From Botryllus schlosseri (taxonomy: Eukaryota), in contig CM119372.1 of assembly GCA_051294905.1 (NCBI GenBank), positions 7,194,001 to 7,258,000 of the forward strand: a DNA stretch of 64,000 nucleotides. The letters are read 5' to 3'. The notes under the pieces are model-generated. The model was not told where the DNA came from. It did no database searches and saw nothing but the letters and a program-made list of their open reading frames with translations. A program made the position numbers and the translations under genes. Positions 12,431 to 26,113 of this stretch are shown here, piece after piece (position 1 is the first letter of the stretch; the number at the start of each line of letters is the position of its first letter).

Positions 12431-12800
12431 TAGGCTTACCATATTTTGGAAATCTAAAAAGAGGACACTATTTCAGAAATTTGAGACTTGCAAAACTGGA
12501 GTAGATTTCTCAAAAACCGGTGAATTTTTCCTACTTTGTGACCGGTTGACTAAAAAAAAAGGTCATCTTTCCGCTCGGAGCTCAATATTGCGTTTTTCGC
12601 TCCGAAATACCCTCCGCGGAGCGTCACTTCTCTACCAGTTTACGACATATCACTCGCAATTTGCTCTAAATCTGACCTAAATTTTCAAAAAAGAGGACAA
12701 AATCTCAAAAAAGAGGACAAAAGGCCGTCCTCCGAGGACACTTTCAAAAAAGTCAAAAAAGAGGACAAATCCTCTTAAAAGAGGACGTATAGTAAGCCTA
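12431..12800. mobile_element. hAT-type MITE with aaaaagaggac repeats
   Basis: TIR taggcttaccata / tatagtaagccta; TSD cattatca, with an extra ggccta on the right; the empty site is visible in the paralog at ~26033-26050; a partial second copy lies at 19500-19635. Confidence 0.85.
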
Positions 12801-13273
12801 GGCCTACATTATCATGTAATTCGGGAAATTGTCCGCGGGCCGGACAAAATCTTGTTGGGGCCGCATCCGGATCGCGGGTCGTATGTTGCCACTCCCTTTT
12901 GTGGACGGTCCTAGATAACAATCAGCTTACTATCTCATTTTTCTCGTGGAAGCTGTAGAGTAGACGAGTAGACGTACACGACACCTCACCATCGTGAACT
13001 AAATCTCACCAAAACAGACTCTGTGAAACTATTACCAGGAATTGGATTCGCAGCATGGTTAGTTTAAGCAATAATGACATCCGAAATATCAATAATATAG
13101 GTGCTATAAAAGGTACTATATAGCCTACCTATGATATTGAAGTATTTGAAAGTATGGAATATGTATCAAGTTAGGTATGGAACAATGTTGGTATGGTATG
13201 GAAAATTGCAAGTATGGTATGGAGAGAGTAAGGCAAGTATGGAGGATGGAAAATTCTCGTTCCATACCATGCC

Positions 13274-14512
13274 CAGTGGCGTAGCAGGCACTTGGCGGTT
13301 CTGGCTCTGCGCCAGGGGCGGCAGGCTCCAAGGGGACGGCAAAATGAGGCTGCACAGTGTACACAGCCGGCTAAAAGCAGCGTAATTGGAAGTCCTATAG
13401 CTGGCATCCAGTGAGCTAAAATTTAATCAAATTGGTCTCAATCAAATTCTAGTGTCGCGCTGATTCTGAAAACACGAATTAATATGTTAACATGGCAATG
13501 GAACCACTCCAAAATAGCCGTCAAGTCCGATTGTTCCTAACAATCGGAGCGCCGCAACACACTGACCAATTGACCATGATAGTGGAAATTATATCGACCG
13601 ATTATTCGGAACAATGCCGATTTCCAGACCATTATTTAAATTGTATTTCCGGAATCAGGTCAACAATAGCTTTCGATTATTGTTAAATTTGAGCGCTCGG
13701 AGGGCCTGGCCAACTATAGGATGACCAATGACCAATGACCATGAACAATTATGCTGCTTTTAGCTGGCTCAGCAGTAGGCCTGTCTGGGTACTCAAGTAT
13801 GACAACTAAACTTGAATCTCAAACTAGGTTTACCGGCATAGCCTACACCACTTAATGATATGATTGGATTTTTTAATCCCCACGCGCTGCTGCAAAGCGA
13901 AAGTCACAATTTATTCACCAGCGCTTTTAAAAGCATCTATGACGACGAGGTGGACTTTTTGGAGTTAGCTGTGGAAATTGACAGATTTAAGAGGCTGGTA
14001 TGGAGCAGTGGTTAGTTAATGCAAAGCTACTTGATTCGACACCATATTTATACTCGCGTCTGAAACTTTATCTGACCATTGCTGTTTCAATTGCAAGCTG
14101 TGAGAGGAGCTTCTTAAAGCTCAAACTGATTAAGTGTCATTTACGTTCTACCATGAATGATGATCGGCTATCAGATCTATCCCTTCTGTCTATAGAAAGA
14201 GACTATACGTTCGAAAACTTGAATTTGAGGTTATTATCGCTGATTTTGTTTCAGTGAAAGCCCGAAAAGTTTTAAGGCGGCTATTGATTTCTATTTGCAC
14301 AATACCTTCGTTCGCTATTTCTTGTCTGTATTATTTTTGGCCTTATTAACGTTGAGACGGTGAGGCTGAGATGCGGCATATTATTTGTAATTATTTGTAT
14401 TGACAAGATTGCTTGAAAATCGATATATGTCGAAATTTCCTGCTGTCTACTTAGGAGGGGGCGGCATTTTAAGCGAGAGCCAGGGGCGGCAGCACATGCT
14501 GCTACGCCAGTG
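13274..14512 (+). mobile_element. Internally deleted hAT transposon
   Basis: TIR cagtggcgtagc / gctacgccagtg; 8-bp TSD accatgcc; contains a dimerisation-domain remnant. Confidence 0.93.
14000..14257 (+). pseudogene. hAT transposase C-terminal dimerisation domain remnant
   Basis: LYLTIAVSIASCERSFLKLKLIKCHLRSTMNDDRLSDLSLLSIERD matches the hATC signature (CERSFSKLKLIK..LRSTM..RL..L.LLSIE). Confidence 0.9.
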
Positions 14513-14688
14513 ACCATGCCCCGCTTATATGGACCCCCCGGAACGTCAGCTTCCGTTATTGATGTCCCGGCGGGTTATTCATGGTAATTGTTCAGATTTT
14601 CTGTGTATATGGTACCGGTATCGCGGTATGTAGGATGTATACTGTATAGTGTATACCTTTTACCGGTACTCATTTTTTGATAATGCAG

Positions 14689-14924
14689 ATACACGGTACT
14701 TCGAGGAACGCCAAGAGAAGGAAATTGGAATCTGGAAAAAGGCTCTAAAAGTGATAAGCGACGACCTCGACGAACAGCTCGAATTCTTGAAGGAGTGGGC
14801 AGAAAGATATTTGCAACAAATTGCCAGCATGTGGAATGTGGATGACGCAGCCCATAGTCCGCCTTCACGATTAGCTATCACCAATATTCTGACATCTATT
14901 GTAAACCAGAATGTGTTTGGATAG
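14689..14924 (+). other. Orphan exon-like coding segment
   Basis: Acceptor ttttttgataatgcag, then TRYFEERQEKEIGIWKKALKVISDDLDEQLEFLKEWAERYLQQIASMW to a stop, with ATTAAA downstream; no partner exons identified. Confidence 0.3.
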
Positions 14925-15420
14925 ATCAATGACTGATGCTTTGCTGAATTGATGGTTTCTTTATTAAAATACAAAATATTTGAAACATGCAAACAAAGAC
15001 GAATTTGTAGCCTATAAAATCATAGTTAGTATTGAAAGGATAGGCAGCAATGGTTCGGCTACCGTCGCTACAGTACGGACCCGTGACATAGCCTATACGG
15101 CGGTATTTGGTAGGACGCATCAACAACAACCTTCGGCGGGATATCAACGTTGCTAGTTTAGTTACTGTCCTGATATTATCTATAGCTACGCTGTAGCACC
15201 CTACAGCAAAAGTCCCCTTTGGAAGATTTTCGCTATATAGGCGTTGTTCTCCACTCCGGGTATCTTGACAGAAATATCTCTAAAACCTATAGGATTCAAC
15301 AAACTATTTAGCAGGCACTTTAATGTCGATATCCTCCAGCACTAACTATACACCACAAAGTACCGGCACCGATTGTCAATTTTTGTTCACCGACCTTCAT
15401 CCGCCGCTGATGATGTACTG

Positions 15421-17026
15421 CAGAGTTGGATCAATTACAATATTTTAATTCAATTACAATTACAATTACTTCCTTGCATGTCTCAATTGCATTGCAATTA
15501 CAATAACTCAATGCTAAAAATATCAAAATACAATTACAATTACTGTTAATCATGTAATTAATTACAACTATAATTACAATTACAATTACTTTTAAACAGG
15601 AAATTTATTTAGTAAAGAGGTGTTCTTTGATAACCGTAGCGACGTAATTAGCAACAATCTCAAGCTATTCATGTTTCATTCCTGATATGTAGAATACCCT
15701 TTAACTAAAAAAAATTTTTAACGTATTCGAACTTTCTAATCATGAGTACTGAAAACTACAAGCACAGAAAAATGTTTCAAGCGATTGGAACCAAAGGTTT
15801 GAGCGACTAACAGCGAATAGGCTACAGGACAGTCAATGAAATGTAATCACACGATTAGGCTACTCACAGGTGCGTCAGGATAATGAAATGTAATTGGTAG
15901 TGCGTCAGCGATAAGGATGATACCGATAAGGTGCGTAAAATTAAAATAAATGCAAAAGAAAAGAGCCTCCTGATAACTAAGCATTATAATATTTTGGTTC
16001 GCATTTACATTTTCACTTGCTAGGAAACTGTTATATTGCATTTGATAAACATTAGGGTGTGAAAAGTTTCTGGTCTCAGTAAATTTGGCCAAGATTGGAG
16101 GTAAGATCGGGATAACATCTCTACAAATGCGTGATCAAGTTTGATGAAGGCTTGGTTGGAAACTTGATTTTTTTTGCTATTGTTGCAACAAGCCTCGGTA
16201 CTGGTCAGAAATTAAAAAAAAATATGACCGCGGTGTAGTAAATGGTTCAGCACAGGTTTCAGAAGAGTTTATTTGCTGTTCATCCATTTTTGAATTATTA
16301 AGATTTAGTTTAGCCCACTGGTTCTCCAACTTTTTTAGACACGCCTCCCTTTATGACAGTGAATATTTCGTGCCCCCTTATCGTCATAGGCACACAATGA
16401 AACCATAAAGTTAGCAATCCTTACATGTAGTTTGATGGTATGGAAGGTTATGACTGTTGATGCGAGAATTCTCCAATACGAAATTCAGACTATACACAGA
16501 GCAACAACCATAAAACGGAGGTGAATCGGGCCAAGCGCGGAAAAGATTTCAGTTCATTGAAGCGTCGCGCCCCTTTCAGATGCTTTCACGCCCCCAGTTT
16601 GAGAACCACTGGTTTAGCCTATATTGTAATTCACAAAGTTTGCTGCTGCTACTGAAGTATGGGAAACAGTTTAGCGTGACTGAATCATCTAGTTATAACG
16701 CAGCACGCATAGAACACCGATGTAAATAGGCTAATTATTACATGATGTGGTGACTGTTTACTAAGGCCTTAAGGCCCCTCGTCGTCATCCTGGTTCCTAC
16801 CGGATTTTCACTGGTGCGACGAATAAATGATTGATTAAATGATTATTTTATGTTGTGATTGTCAGGTTTCCATGAAAATGTAATTGAGATTGTAATTGAG
16901 CAAAATTTTGATCAAATTACAATTACAATTACACAAAATAGAAATGCTTCAATTACAATTACAATTACATGAAAAATGTAATTATTACATTCAGCTCAAT
17001 TACAAATTACAATTGATCCAACTCCG
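15421..17026. mobile_element. hAT-type non-autonomous element with (AATTAC)n subterminal repeats
   Basis: TIR cagagttggatcaatt / aattgatccaactccg; 8-bp TSD atgtactg. Confidence 0.9.
16316..16611. mobile_element. hAT-Charlie-like MITE, nested
   Basis: TIR cactggttctccaac / gtttgagaaccactg; TSD gtttagcc. Confidence 0.88.
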
Positions 17027-17280
17027 ATGTACTGTACTGTGTACATGGAAACGCGGCCACCATTCCTGGGCTCATCCAATGCGGGCTGAGCCAAGTAGTG
17101 GCCGTGGCCGCACATGGAAACTATAGATAACTAACCTATGGATAGACACCAGAGATGGGCGGATTCCCGAATTTCGGGATCCGATTCGGTTAGTTATCTA
17201 CATGGAAACGCGCTGGTGGTACTGTTATTCCTAGCACCGACTCCGTTAAATGGACACTTGGTGGACCCATGACAATGCAT

Positions 17281-19359
17281 GGGTCCGTGGACATATTAGC
17301 ATGCGACACAATAGCAAGCGACACTTGAGCATGCGACACTTGAGCATAGCGACTTTTGGTCATGGCGACTCGTGGGCATGTAGACACATGAGCACAGAGA
17401 CATATTAACATAAGGACATATTAGCATGGGGACACATGAGTATAGGGACACACGAGCATGTATACACGTGAGCATAGGGACACATCAACATGGTGACAAT
17501 TTAGTAAGTGCCACTTGAGCATGGTGACACATGAGCATGCGATACATGAGCCGTGACGACACATGAGCATGGGTACACAAGAGCATGGGCACTCATGCGC
17601 ATATGGACGCATGGGCATGGGGACACAAGAGCAAATGTGCGAGTGAGCATGGGGTCACGTACGCATGCGACCCGTCTACATGCAGACACTTGAGCATGCG
17701 ACACGTGGATATGCAGACACTTGAGCATGCGTCACTTGCGCATGCGACACTTGAGCATGCGTCACTTGAGAATGCGTCACTTGAGCATGCGACATTTGAG
17801 CATGCGACACTTGAGCATGTGACATTTGAGCATGCGACACTTGAGCATGCGACATTTGAGCATGCGACACTTGAGCATGAGCATGTTAGACTTGAGTATG
17901 CGACATTTGAGCATGCGACACTTGAGCATGTGACCATATAGATCTGTGTGAAAAGCTTCAAAAATCGCGGTAAAGCGATAAAGGTTGTCATTGCTCCACG
18001 TTCACATATATTGGAATCGCGTTTACACGTATCAGACGAACTAAAAGAATATATCCTTTTGTGAGACGAAAGGGATTCCAAATTCGCATTTCGACACGGG
18101 ACTTATTATTTTATTTTGCGGGTCTCTTTTGATAGGGAACATTAGGGTTCGAAGTGGGTTAGGGTCCATGCTGTGGTTAAGGTATCCCAAGATTAGGGTT
18201 GGGGGTGATGGATATTAGGGTTGGTTAGGGTTAGGGTTAAGGTATCCCATGACTAGGGTCAAGGATTATGGGTATTAGGGTTGAGAGGGGGATATTAGGG
18301 TTAAGGGTATGGTATCCCAATATTCGGGTTAGGGTTTGCGTTAGGGATAAGGTATCACAATATCAGGGTTGGAGGTGATGGATATTAGGGTTGGTTAGGG
18401 TTAGGGTTAAGGTATCCCAAGATTAGGGTTAGGGTTTGCGTTAGGGTTAAGGTATCCCAGGATCAGGGTTGGGGTGATGGGTATTAAAGTAGGGAGCGGG
18501 GATATTAGGGTTGGAGGAGGGGAGATATATTATGTTCGGTCTGGTATAAATCCATGATTTTGACGCTAGTTAACTACACACTAATATATGAAAAATGCTC
18601 AAGTGTCGCATGCTGAAGTGTCGCATGCACAAGTGACGCATGCTCAAGTGTCGCATGCTCAAGTGACGCATGCTCAAGTGTCGCATGCTCAAGTGTCTGC
18701 ATATCCACGTGTCGCATGCTCAAGTGTCTGCATGTAGACGGGTCGCATGCTCAAGTGTCGCATGCTCAAGTGTCACATGCTCAAATGCCACATGCGCAAG
18801 TGTCGCATGCTCAATTGCCGCATGCTCAAGTGCCGCATGCTCAAGTGTCGCGTGCTCAAATGTCGCATGCTCAAATGTCGCATGCTTAACTGTCGCATGC
18901 TCAAGTGTCACATGCTCAAATGTCGCATGCACAAGTGTCGCATGCTCAAATGTCGCATGCGCAAGTGTCCTCATGCTCATTTGTCATCATGCTGATATGT
19001 AACCATGCTCAATTGCTCATATATCACCAGGTACAAGTGTCAACATGCTGAAGTGTCCCAATGGTTATGTGTAACCACTAACCATGCTCACGTGTTACCA
19101 TGCCCATATATAACCATGTCGATTATTAGTCTTAATGCTAATGTGTAACATGCTCAAGTGTCGCATGCTAATCTGTTTCCATGCCCATGTGTCTCCTTGC
19201 TCATGTTTCATCCTGCTTATATGTCCCCATGCTCATGTGTCCCCATGCTCATGTGTCCATATGCTCATGTGTTACAATGCTAATGTGTCCTCATGCTATA
19301 GCGTCGCATGCTTAACTGTCGTTTTTCATTGTGTCGCATGCTCATATGTCGGACAACCC
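17281..19359. mobile_element. Foldback-type element: inverted 15-bp minisatellite arms around a telomere-like core
   Basis: Left arm (cgacacttgagcatg)n, right arm (catgctcaagtgtcg)n; termini gggtccgtggacatattagcatgcgacacaat / attgtgtcgcatgctcatatgtcggacaaccc; flanked by atgcat on both sides. Confidence 0.85.
18141..18512 (+). repeat. Degenerate interstitial (TTAGGG)-rich array with a higher-order period
   Basis: Many ttaggg units with a recurring ttagggttaaggtatccca block. Confidence 0.9.
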
Positions 19360-21341
19360 ATGCATGCTCTCTTCTTGTCTGAACTGGCTATAGATTACTA
19401 ACCTACCGTAGGTTAGTTATGTATAAACTGACTGACGTGAGGGTGCAGAAATAAAGTTATCTAAAAGACTATTGTGCATCTCTTGACATCGGCTATATAT
19501 GACCTAAGTCCTAAATTCTCGACAAAAAGAGGATAAAATCTCAAAAAAGAGGACAAAAGGGCGTCCTCCGAGGACACTTTCAAAAAAGTCAAAAAAGGAC
19601 AAATCCTCCTAAAAAGAGGACGTATGGTAACCCTAAATAAATATTAAATGGCAAATCCCTAATTAACAACTAACGCCAACTTTGAACACCTACATTCGCT
19701 GCGAACTATCAACTGGATCGCCAAACAATCTCTGCAGACCTGACGTAAACAATAAATAACATAGTAGTGAGTCGCCTAAGTCAAGCGTGACCATTCTGAA
19801 CAGCGAACAATGGGTTTGCAAATTGCACTCCATCCTACAGTCTCTATACTGCGACTGACGTTATTGTGAATATAACGACTGTTCTTATTGTGAACATGAG
19901 ACTGTTCCTATTTTGAACAAAACTGTTCTTATTGTGAATATAATCGAACCAACCCTCCTCCCAGGGTATTAAAAGTCAGCATATTAAAAATCCTACAAAT
20001 CTCATTATTTCTATATAATGGGTCATTTCCACTTCATTCTGAACACTTGGGGCGATAAAGATAACTCGACCCAAAACTGTTTTGCTGCTATATGCTTTAC
20101 TATGGGACTGGACTAAACATGAACCTAATTTAGTCTTTTGGCGTACAACGAGGATGGTGAAAGTATCCATATCAATATAAATCATCCATATGGATATCAA
20201 ATAGCTGTTAGCCGACGAAAATGATGCTGTTTCTTGGCGTGAGTCGTCGTGATGGAAGTGCTGAAATTACGATTCTATTCTTATCACCAACCGTAATGGT
20301 TCTATCATTATTATTTTCCCAATTTATCGGGCAAAGCTACACCAGATTGGACTGCATTCAATACATACCCTTTCTAGATATATTGTGATCTTGGCCAAGT
20401 AGCTGTCTGGTTGAAAGACCTTATGTCATTTTAATACCTCCCTATCCTTCGATCTCATCACTATCTGTTGGTGTTTTTAAATGATAAAATACTAATAATA
20501 CCAACTCGTTCTGATGATTGACAATGAAAGGATGTACCAGTTGTATTCTTGCAGTTATCTTGTGGAATAAAATGGAACGGTTATAGTCTATAAAGCAGAG
20601 TCCTGAATATTTATTGACCGACCCCGGAAATAAATTGTATGGTAAGCACAAACTTTGGATTGTAAAATTCTAAGCAACGCATTATTCATGCTCATTATTA
20701 CTTGGATATTACATAACAATTCTTAACTTGAAGGAATGTCAACCTGCTATTTGAGAAACCTATGTATGGGATTGCCCTAAGACACAAAGCAAAATACTAC
20801 GGTGGGAACTCAATTGATACAAATACCATCACCATATCCAAGAGTATTCAACGAGAATGCTAATGTAAAACTTGCAGATTGTAAAACACAAGTATGAGCT
20901 CGCGAGCATTGGTCATTTGTACTTGAAAATTTAGAAGGTTTAGCAAAGTTCCTTGCGCTACCAACATAATATGTATCAGATACATATAACAAGAGTCCCG
21001 GCAGCGAGCAACCGACAATAGTCAATAACCGTCCACTCTGGTCTGGCTCATAATCATCCATGGCTTTACACAGCTTCATTGATATACTCTTCTGGGTTCA
21101 ATGTCCAACAGCTCTAATTCAATCAATAGGCATCATAATGTCATAGAAGAGGTTGAAGTGACTGTACTTGAAAAAAGTACCGGTACAATATTTGATGGAT
21201 TTATCATTGGAATGATGGTTGCTTTTCACTAAGTATGCTTCTTAGTTCTTTTGATAACGGGTGAATCACTATGGATTCAGCGAGCCCTTTCCCAAATTGT
21301 TTAATTGTCATAACAAGATGCCATGACTGATGACTCTACGG

Positions 21342-22046
21342 CAGGGCTGGCCAACCTTTTCAGCCAAAGGGCCACATTCGATTGACGAACTATTGCGCGG
21401 GCCACTATCCGCGCGAAGCGCGAAAATTTTTTGAAGTTCATAGGTCAATAATATTGTCACTTGACTATATTGCGTGCCTGCTGTATATCGCTGGGCTAAG
21501 TTTGCGAGGACTGGGCTATTCGGCGCATGGACATATCGATATCGAAAGCTGCGACCAACATGCGTCAATCATTCCGTGCCAAGGTTTCATAGTCGACGGT
21601 CTTACTGCGAGCGCAAACGCAAGGTCGCATATGTTGAACGACACTTTGTCTCGTAATCGTGAATATAGTTAGACTCAATCTGATACATTGGTGTTCTTCA
21701 ATTTTCACGAAAGGGCAACAATATTAAAAACAAGAAATCGAGTGACAACATATTGCGCTAAGCTTGTAGAAAATTTTTACCTCTGATAAATCTACCGCAA
21801 ATTATTCTGCTTTATTGTAGTGTACGAAGATATACCAATATGTGAATGGTTGATGGACCTGTCAATGAGTCGAAACTGATATTTTAGTCATCACATCTCA
21901 AGTGTTGCGGCCAGACCAATCAAATTTTTGGTTGTCCTTGCAAGTTCACAATCTGTGCCATCAAGTTTTGATGAGATTATTAATTTCGGAAATTACCTCG
22001 CGGGCCACTCAAAACCTTCTCGCGGGCCACGGGTTGGCCGGCCCTG
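21342..22046. mobile_element. hAT-Charlie-like MITE
   Basis: TIR cagggctggccaacc / ggttggccggccctg; TSD ctctacgg; internally homologous to 23956-24796. Confidence 0.9.
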
Positions 22047-23003
22047 CTCTACGGTCTATTTTTTGCAACAGCTTTTGCCTTTTGGCATAGACGTCTCTTT
22101 TGCAACCTCATTCATTGAAAACAGATGAGACTGCCTCTCTCTTTGAAGTTTCATCAGCTTCATTGTAATTCAAACGTATGATTTTTATATGCTGTAGGAC
22201 CTCATAGCAGCAACTCCACATTACACGATTTCCCATAGCGCACAACACTCATCGGTGAACTGATTTACTGCAGGGGAAGCAGTCATGATGGTGAAATGAT
22301 AATCTGCAGACAACTTTTTCAGGACCAGGCATCCATACCTCTTCTTCGTAAACGGAATCATTCTCCCGATAACTTTCTGTTTCTTATTGATGCATCTTTT
22401 AAGATCAAATGACCATCATCCTTACACAATGAGGAATACAACAACAGCGATATCATACGACTTTCGAAAATTAACAGCAACGTAAGCTGCCAGGGTGTCT
22501 ACTGTCTATGTCCATCACGAGGATTAGACGCCAAGAAACAGCATCATTTTCGTCACTAACAGCTATTTGATAGCCATATGGATGATTTGTATTGATATGA
22601 ATACTTTCACCATCCTCGTTGTGCATCAAGAGAGAGAGAGAGAGAGAGAGTCTTTATTTTCATCCAACCAAAATACATAACACACGGCAGTGATAGTGGT
22701 ACAGGAAATATGCTTGCACAGTATTCGGTATTAGATAGGAATGATCGATAAGACCGTGAAGGTCATCTAGTCTGATCACACCAGCATCAAACAGGTACAC
22801 TTGACTCTAAGCAGTCTGGCTGTAAAAAAGGTTACAGTAGTTAAAAAAATAAAATAGAAGAAAAATTAAACGATGGTAGCAAATGATCAATGAAGCAATG
22901 TCCGGGCGAGGTAGGGCAACAGTGTTAGTGTAGCGACAAGAGGTGATCAAGTAGGGCTTTTTTGAATCTATTATAAGGCAATTCACGGATGTGTGGTGGT
23001 AAT

Positions 23004-25095
23004 CAGGGCTGTGGAGTCGGTAAATTTTACCACCGACTCCGGCTCCGACTCCGACTCCACACATTTTCAATATACCGACTCCGACTCCGACTCCGACTCC
23101 TGAGTCTTTAAACGTACCGACTCCGACTCCGACTCCGACTCCTGGGTCTTTAAACGTACCGACTCCGACTCCCGACTCCGACTCCGACTCCAGCATTATT
23201 ACCAATTTACCTCGAAAATTATATGCCACATTGTCGGTTGAATGACTATCATACAACCATTAAACATATGCAAACATATGATTAACTGTGGCATGCTGAA
23301 TTGTTTCATTGTTGCACAGCTCGAATTATCCACCATGCAATTAACATGAAATAAAGATTTGCTAAATATCCTTCCTTATTCAAGTTTTTATAACATGGAC
23401 TCTCTAATATCCTGAAATGTATGAATCATTCAAATATGGCAGATATCCAATCCTGTATAATAAAAATGTAGATAGAAAATCCAAGTGAAGCTCTGGTGTA
23501 TGACTCAGCAACTAATAAAGAAATTGAACTTACTAATTTTGTCATTACACACTATCCTGATTACAAGCACAAACTCTCTTACTACTAGTAATAGACATTG
23601 GTCATAAATGGAATTTAGTTAAGTAGTCAAAGACCATAGCCTATGTCTAGTCTACATGTACTTAATCAAGTATTCAAGGATTGGGACTTGCAGTCTTTCT
23701 TAATCATTTGTTCGACCCAAACAGCTAAGCTACACTACAAATATTTTTAATTTTGTCAAATGGGAAGCATCGTTTGGTCATATTTACATATTTTTACAAT
23801 TTTACAAAACCAGCCGATGCATTTTCTCTGTCACAGTATCATGGTATAATTCCAAAAATTGCATCAATTTTGACTGCATCGCGAAAACGCATCTTGCGAT
23901 TTTCTTCCCCTCCGCAACTGAGTTGTAATTTGCAAGTAATATCTTTTATCTATATCAGGGGTGGGCAACTTTTTCGGCGAAATGGACACCTGAGATTTAC
24001 GAACCATTGCGCGGGCAACGGGAATGTTGATAACCTTTTTTTAGTCGTCGATAGGAGCGAATCGAATTATGAAACATTGCAAACAAGACTTATATTACTA
24101 CGCTCTAAAATTGTTAACATTATGTCATCCAACTGTGCAGTGCGCAATCAGGCCCTGGTCGCGCCACGCGCGAAATTTTTTTGCAAGATAACGACTGAAT
24201 TAGGCTATAGCTATATCAATAAATATGTCGCTAACATACATTGGGGGTGGCATCTGTATACCACTGGGCTCATTTGGCAAGGACAGGATTATTCGACGTT
24301 CGAACATAGCAAAATCGACGGTATCAGTGAACATGCCTCTATCATTTTGTGCAAATGTTTTGTCGACGATCTCGCTGCGAGTGCACAAGCGAAGCCGTAT
24401 CTCCTAATTGCGAATATAGTTATACTCAATTCTGTGAAGAATATGTATTAATAATTTTCAAAACGGGGCTCAAATACTGAATGCAAGAAATCTAGTGACA
24501 ATGAATCTTGCGAAGTACCGAGAAAAATTTCAAGTCAAATAAATCTGCTATGAAATATTCTACTTCATGGTCATATACGAAGATCTGGGATAAATGTGGC
24601 TGACCCCTTGATACGTCAATGCCTCAGAACTGTCGTTTTAGTCATCATCAAATTTCTCGGTCATTCTAATCAAATTTTGATTGGCCTTGCAATTGTACCT
24701 GATGTCATAAATAATTTCGGGAATTACCTCGCAGGCCACACGCTAGCCTTCTCGTGTGCCGAATTTGGCCTGCGTGCCACGGGCTGGCCGCAGCTGATCT
24801 GTATCGTTATTAATAACAGTGATTGGTGGTACATAAAAATTATATTGAAAATTCTTTGAAAGCAAATGTTTTCATGATAGAGAAGTTGGAGTCGGAGTCG
24901 GAGTCGAAATCATAGTCATTCTCACAAACTCCGACTCCGACTCCAGTCAGTATTTTCCCACCGACTCCGACTCCGACTCCGACTCCAGCTATTACAGTTT
25001 TCACGACTCCGACTCCGACTCCGACTCCATCAAGCGAAAATTACCCCGACTCCGACTCCGACTCCACCGACTCCGACTCCGACTCCACAGCCCTG
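23004..25095. mobile_element. hAT-type MITE with (GACTCC)n subterminal repeats
   Basis: TIR cagggctgtggagtcgg / ccgactccacagccctg; 8-bp TSD gtggtaat. Confidence 0.93.
23956..24796. mobile_element. hAT-Charlie-like MITE, nested
   Basis: caggggtgggcaac start, degenerate right TIR, TSD atctatat/atctgtat. Confidence 0.78.
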
Positions 25096-25268
25096 GTGGT
25101 AATGCATTCCAGATGATAGGTCCCGAGTAGTCGATAGATCTCTTAGTTAGGTTGTTATTGGGTGGGGGTAAGTAGATATTTCCTTTAGACGAGGATCTCG
25201 TGTAGTGGGAGTGGACAAGAGACGAAATAATGTCCATGTTTACTCCAATCCCATAGTAAAGCATATAG

Positions 25269-26113
25269 CAGGGGCGGGCAACTTCTCTAGTCGGCGGGCC
25301 GGATATAGAAAAATTAAGTACTCGGCGGGCCGGATTGCTGAATCGATACATTATTCGCCCATTTATCCACATATAAAAGAAATATATCGTATTTAATGAA
25401 TGTATTTTAACGACAGCAATGTAACTTCAAAGCCATTTCTCGCCGATAGTGACGAAGACAATGTGGATTTGAAAATAGCATTGTCATACAGGCGCCGCCA
25501 TGTCTGCTTCTATCTGATCAATCAACACACGGTGCAATCCTTAATTAGGATTTCACGGCGTTCGATAAGCCCAGTACCCCACATTTACCAATATATCAAT
25601 TCACTAGGGTTGAGTAGCTGACGAGATAGCATCGTTGCTCAACTGTGCGGCCTAGTTAATCTCGATATTTGATTCATGCGGTCCGTGTCCTCTACGAAAT
25701 TTGAAAAGTGGCCCGCGACCCGTTTTGAGTTGGCGACCCCAGGCATAAGCGGTGTCTTACAAAAGCCTAGAAGTGTGCCGTGCTACAAGTCGGCGGTTAC
25801 GGAATCAAAAACAAGAAATACCAGCCTGGTGTAAGTGACCATTGTAGTCGACAAACACCATGATTACCACAGTACATCGTAAATGCCGATAACGCAAGTC
25901 TTCTCGCTTGGACGAACTTACGCGTATAATCTCCACTCTCGCACGCTGCGCATACACGTATATAATAACATACAGTCACTAACATATGACGTATTAAGCA
26001 AGTAGTGGGGAATCTCGGGAGACTGTGTCCGCGGGCCACATTATCATGTAAAACGGAAAACTGTTCGCGGGCCGTACAAAATCCCTTCGCGGGCCGTATG
26101 TTGCCCACCCCTG
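25269..26113. mobile_element. hAT-Charlie-like MITE
   Basis: TIR caggggcgggcaac / gttgcccacccctg; TSD gcatatag/gcatacag. Confidence 0.82.

Larger units (their letters stand above)
12201..14523. mobile_element. hAT-type MITE with (TATGG)n subterminal repeats, carrying nested insertions
   Basis: TIR cagggcatggtatgg / ccataccatgccccg (the right TIR is interrupted by 13274-14512); 8-bp TSD cttatatg at 12193-12200 and 14524-14531. Confidence 0.88.
22630..25216 (-). mobile_element. LINE (L2/CR1 group) 3' fragment, split by a hAT MITE
   Basis: Removing 23004-25095 and one TSD copy restores VHSHYTRSSSKGNIYLP...RSIDYSGPIIWNALPPHIRELPYNRFKKALLDHLLSLH*; AATAAA and a (TC)n tail lie at ~22630-22660. Confidence 0.85.

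Noticed and set aside
18141..18512. Chromosome end or telomere fusion site
   Set aside because: The array is degenerate, single-orientation and enclosed within a TIR element.
17190..19401. Many ORFs with HATLE/VACSS/MLKCR repeats
   Set aside because: These are translations of a stop-free 15-bp minisatellite in several frames on both strands.
22807..23256. 149-aa ORF with GVGVGV repeats (elastin/silk-like)
   Set aside because: It derives from (GACTCC)n subterminal repeats and crosses a MITE/LINE junction.
23753..24451. Longest ORF in the track (232 aa)
   Set aside because: It spans the boundary of a nested MITE and has no recognisable domain; the paralogous MITE at 21342 does not preserve it.
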